Program-made: the position numbers and the translations under genes
In this document: positions 61,355-64,000 of the stretch, piece after piece
Layout: the number at the start of each line of letters is the position of its first letter
How positions within the stretch are numbered: the stretch's first letter is position 1
Origin: Bugula neritina
Lineage: Eukaryota > Animalia > Bryozoa
Length of the DNA stretch: 64,000 nucleotides
Reading direction: 5' to 3'
Assembly (NCBI GenBank): GCA_964035545.1
Contig: OZ037765.1
Span: 30,751,504 to 30,815,503, forward strand
Notes under the pieces: generated by a model
Database searches by the model: none
Seen by the model: the letters and a program-made list of their open reading frames with translations, nothing else
What the model was told of the DNA's origin: nothing

Positions 61355-64000
61355 CTAGAATAAATCAACAAATCAGATAACAGCAAGAACACAGGCTAAG
61401 AGAAATGCATAGTGTTATATATTGTAAACTTGGCTAAATTAAAAACGATGCTGCTGAAATTACCGTTTTCAGTTCAGGAAAACTTCTGAAATACCAAATG
61501 AGTTCAAAATTTTGCAGACAATTATTTATTCATTAAAACTAAGCCTGCTAAATATGATGAATTAGCGTAAAGAACTTTAAATTAAAATACATGATAAATA
61601 TAATATTTTTATTGGTTAATTAATAACATGGAGTGTTTAGTAAAAAAATATTTAAATTAAAACTTTAAATATCAAAGGGCTACGGCCAGATTATACTGTA
61701 GCTATTTATCGATACAGCTTTGGCGATATTCATCACTAGCAAAAACTACAATTTCTTTGGACTATAAAACACAATTATTTTATATGAGCTGGAAGTTACA
61801 GTAGGAATGATTACAATGCTCGCAAAGTTTTAATCCCAAAGAAACAAAGGTAACAATATCATAAACAATACAATAAATTTGGGTGTCATTTAAAAATGTA
61901 CCATAATGTGTTATCACAAATATAATTCCAGGGCAATACTACTACATTATAACGACAATGGCAATAGATGGAAAGTGTACTAAATGGTACGGACCAGGAA
62001 CTTTCTGTTGTGTCAAATGATAGTTGTAATATAATACAATATAATACAATGACATAAAATTTATATAATCTCAGCGACAAAAAAGAGTGTATAAAATGGA
62101 TGTGTAGAACAACGTTGATCTCAAAAGTACTTTTTATTTGCCTGTAAAATGCATGTAACAGTCTAAATATTCTCAAGGTTAAAAATGCCAAAACAGCTGG
62201 GCCAACATTGCAGCAGTCCAATGACATTCTAATGTTACTTGGGGTCCACGTAACACTGGCTACAATGCAATGGGGGCATGTAATAGCATTTCAATGAAAA
62301 TAGTCTTGAATATCCCATGGGGCCTCCTTATTACAGAAGGATAAATACCATGAGTAGCTCTAGGAGTGTCTGGGCCACAGGTTGCATTACTATCACAGGA
62401 TTGGGTGGATCCAACCACGGAAATGTTAGTTTGAGGAAGACGCTCCAGGTTAGCTGAGGTGATGACATCAGCTGTCATGCAGGTGATTAATGTACAACAT
62501 CCGCCCTGTCAATCGCATGCCTAGAGCCGAGGCTAAAGGCTGATACTGAGAAACTAGGGCCAAAACCCAGCTGGAATAGAGCTAGCCAATGTACTTTATC
62601 TACACAGGATAATTAAATAAGCTCCGTGGCATAACTTGATATCAAAGTTTTTTTTTCTATTCTCACCTATCTCCGCTTTGTCTAGATATTAAACTATTAA
62701 AAATAATACTATAGCATTATGCATTACTGCAACAACAGCAACTATTTAATATTTATATCATAAAATGTTTTCTTCTATTGCCATTGAAACTAGCTTTCAT
62801 TGCTAAAACTAGTGGTCTAGTAGTGATTTGAATTCTATGTTGTGATTAAACTTAATTAAATAATCATTTTGATTCAATGGGTTTTAATTTAGATTATTCA
62901 ACAGGTAATATTGCTTCAATATTATCAGGAAAATGTACTGAATGCTATAATGATGATTTGTTTTTAACTATATTATGGTGCCCGTTTTATTATTATTATC
63001 CATTCATTACTAACAGATATTGTAAATTTAATTTTTAAAACAAAAATGATCACCAATTTATTATATTTATTAGTAGGCCTACAGCTAAAAGCTTATAAAT
63101 ACTTGTCACTTGTCTATATGAACATCTTTTCCTTGACTGGATAAAAAGCTTGTAAGTAAATTATATTGACCAAGTCATCTCAAGTCATTACTTGCCTAGC
63201 TTGATTTTCTACTTGAGCCATGATTTGATAAAGTTGGAAATGAATTCAACTAAATTTGAATAACATAGTCAGCAGTTTCCAAAAATATGTTCAAAACGAC
63301 ATGCTAAACCAAGACCGGAAATAAGCTAATGCAGTAAAAGTTGCGAGTGGCAATACAAACAGCAGTCATCTACAGAAACCTAAAACGAATATAAACTGCA
63401 GCAGAAAGCCTGTGCACCAGTTTTGACTGCAGCTGTGAAATCGGCAACAATTCTATGAACTAATAGTTGACGCCTTCATCTACCGCAATAGCAAATTACT
63501 CCAAACTCAAGTAATAGCTGCTGGCAATTAGTATATATATATAAAGCATCATCACTGAATCAGCATGTAAAGAGGGGTGCAAGTTTTATTCTGATCCGAT
63601 TGTGTAACGAAATGTTCTCAGGGCAATCAATCTCTGTCAACATATAAGCACCTACATAGTGACACTAGACGATACTAGTCCCAGAACTTAGGCTATTCCT
63701 GTTACCAGGACAGCCCCTCGGCACCAGCTACGGTTTCTCAGAATTCAAGTGAGCCCCAGGCAGCACTCTCACACTATGTGACTATACAGCACACGTTCAA
63801 GGCAGCAGGTTGTAAATACATGCGAATACTATGTCTGAGAGAGCAGTAAAAAGCTTCCGCTATGGTTTCTATTAGAAAACCTGTTTAGCCCAAAAAATGG
63901 GACGTTGTGTGCGGGATTTTCATGCGTCTAACATGCTGAGCGAGAAGTGCAGCAAGCTCGTGCATGTTTGATCTAATTGGCTTATTATCATTTAGCGAGC

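Overview
AT-rich, intron-rich animal (invertebrate) nuclear DNA; the taxon cannot be fixed from the window. I assembled gene models by hand from GT-AG exons whose phases close. (1) An endosomal syntaxin of the STX7/STX12/TSNARE1 group (-, 565-4091, 271 aa). (2) A 127-aa three-TM protein, weakly TMEM243-like (+, 6576-7952), sharing a probable bidirectional promoter with (1). (3) A PSD/EFA6 ARF6-GEF (+, 12708-20167) that keeps an N-terminal MTED-like motif. (4) WASHC4/SWIP (-, 21029-34455, 28 coding exons, 1200 aa) with a 17-proline C-terminal tail. (5) An unrecognised 481-aa protein (+, 37762-47622) combining a 3CxxC(RTP/ZAR1)-like zinc finger, a Tyr/Pro-motif linker and an SH2-like domain lacking the FLVR arginine; this is the best novelty candidate. 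(6) A JHAMT-like SAM methyltransferase (+, 52117-53936). (7) The 3' part of a TOPBP1-like tandem-BRCT gene (-, 55582-61354, probably continuing past the right edge). Non-coding content includes a TSD-bounded hAT element with a nested foldback MITE, other MITEs, tRNA-derived SINE-like relics and many minisatellites. The minisatellites sit at intron ends, and several are tandem copies of the adjacent splice site itself. All family assignments come from remembered sequence motifs, not database searches.
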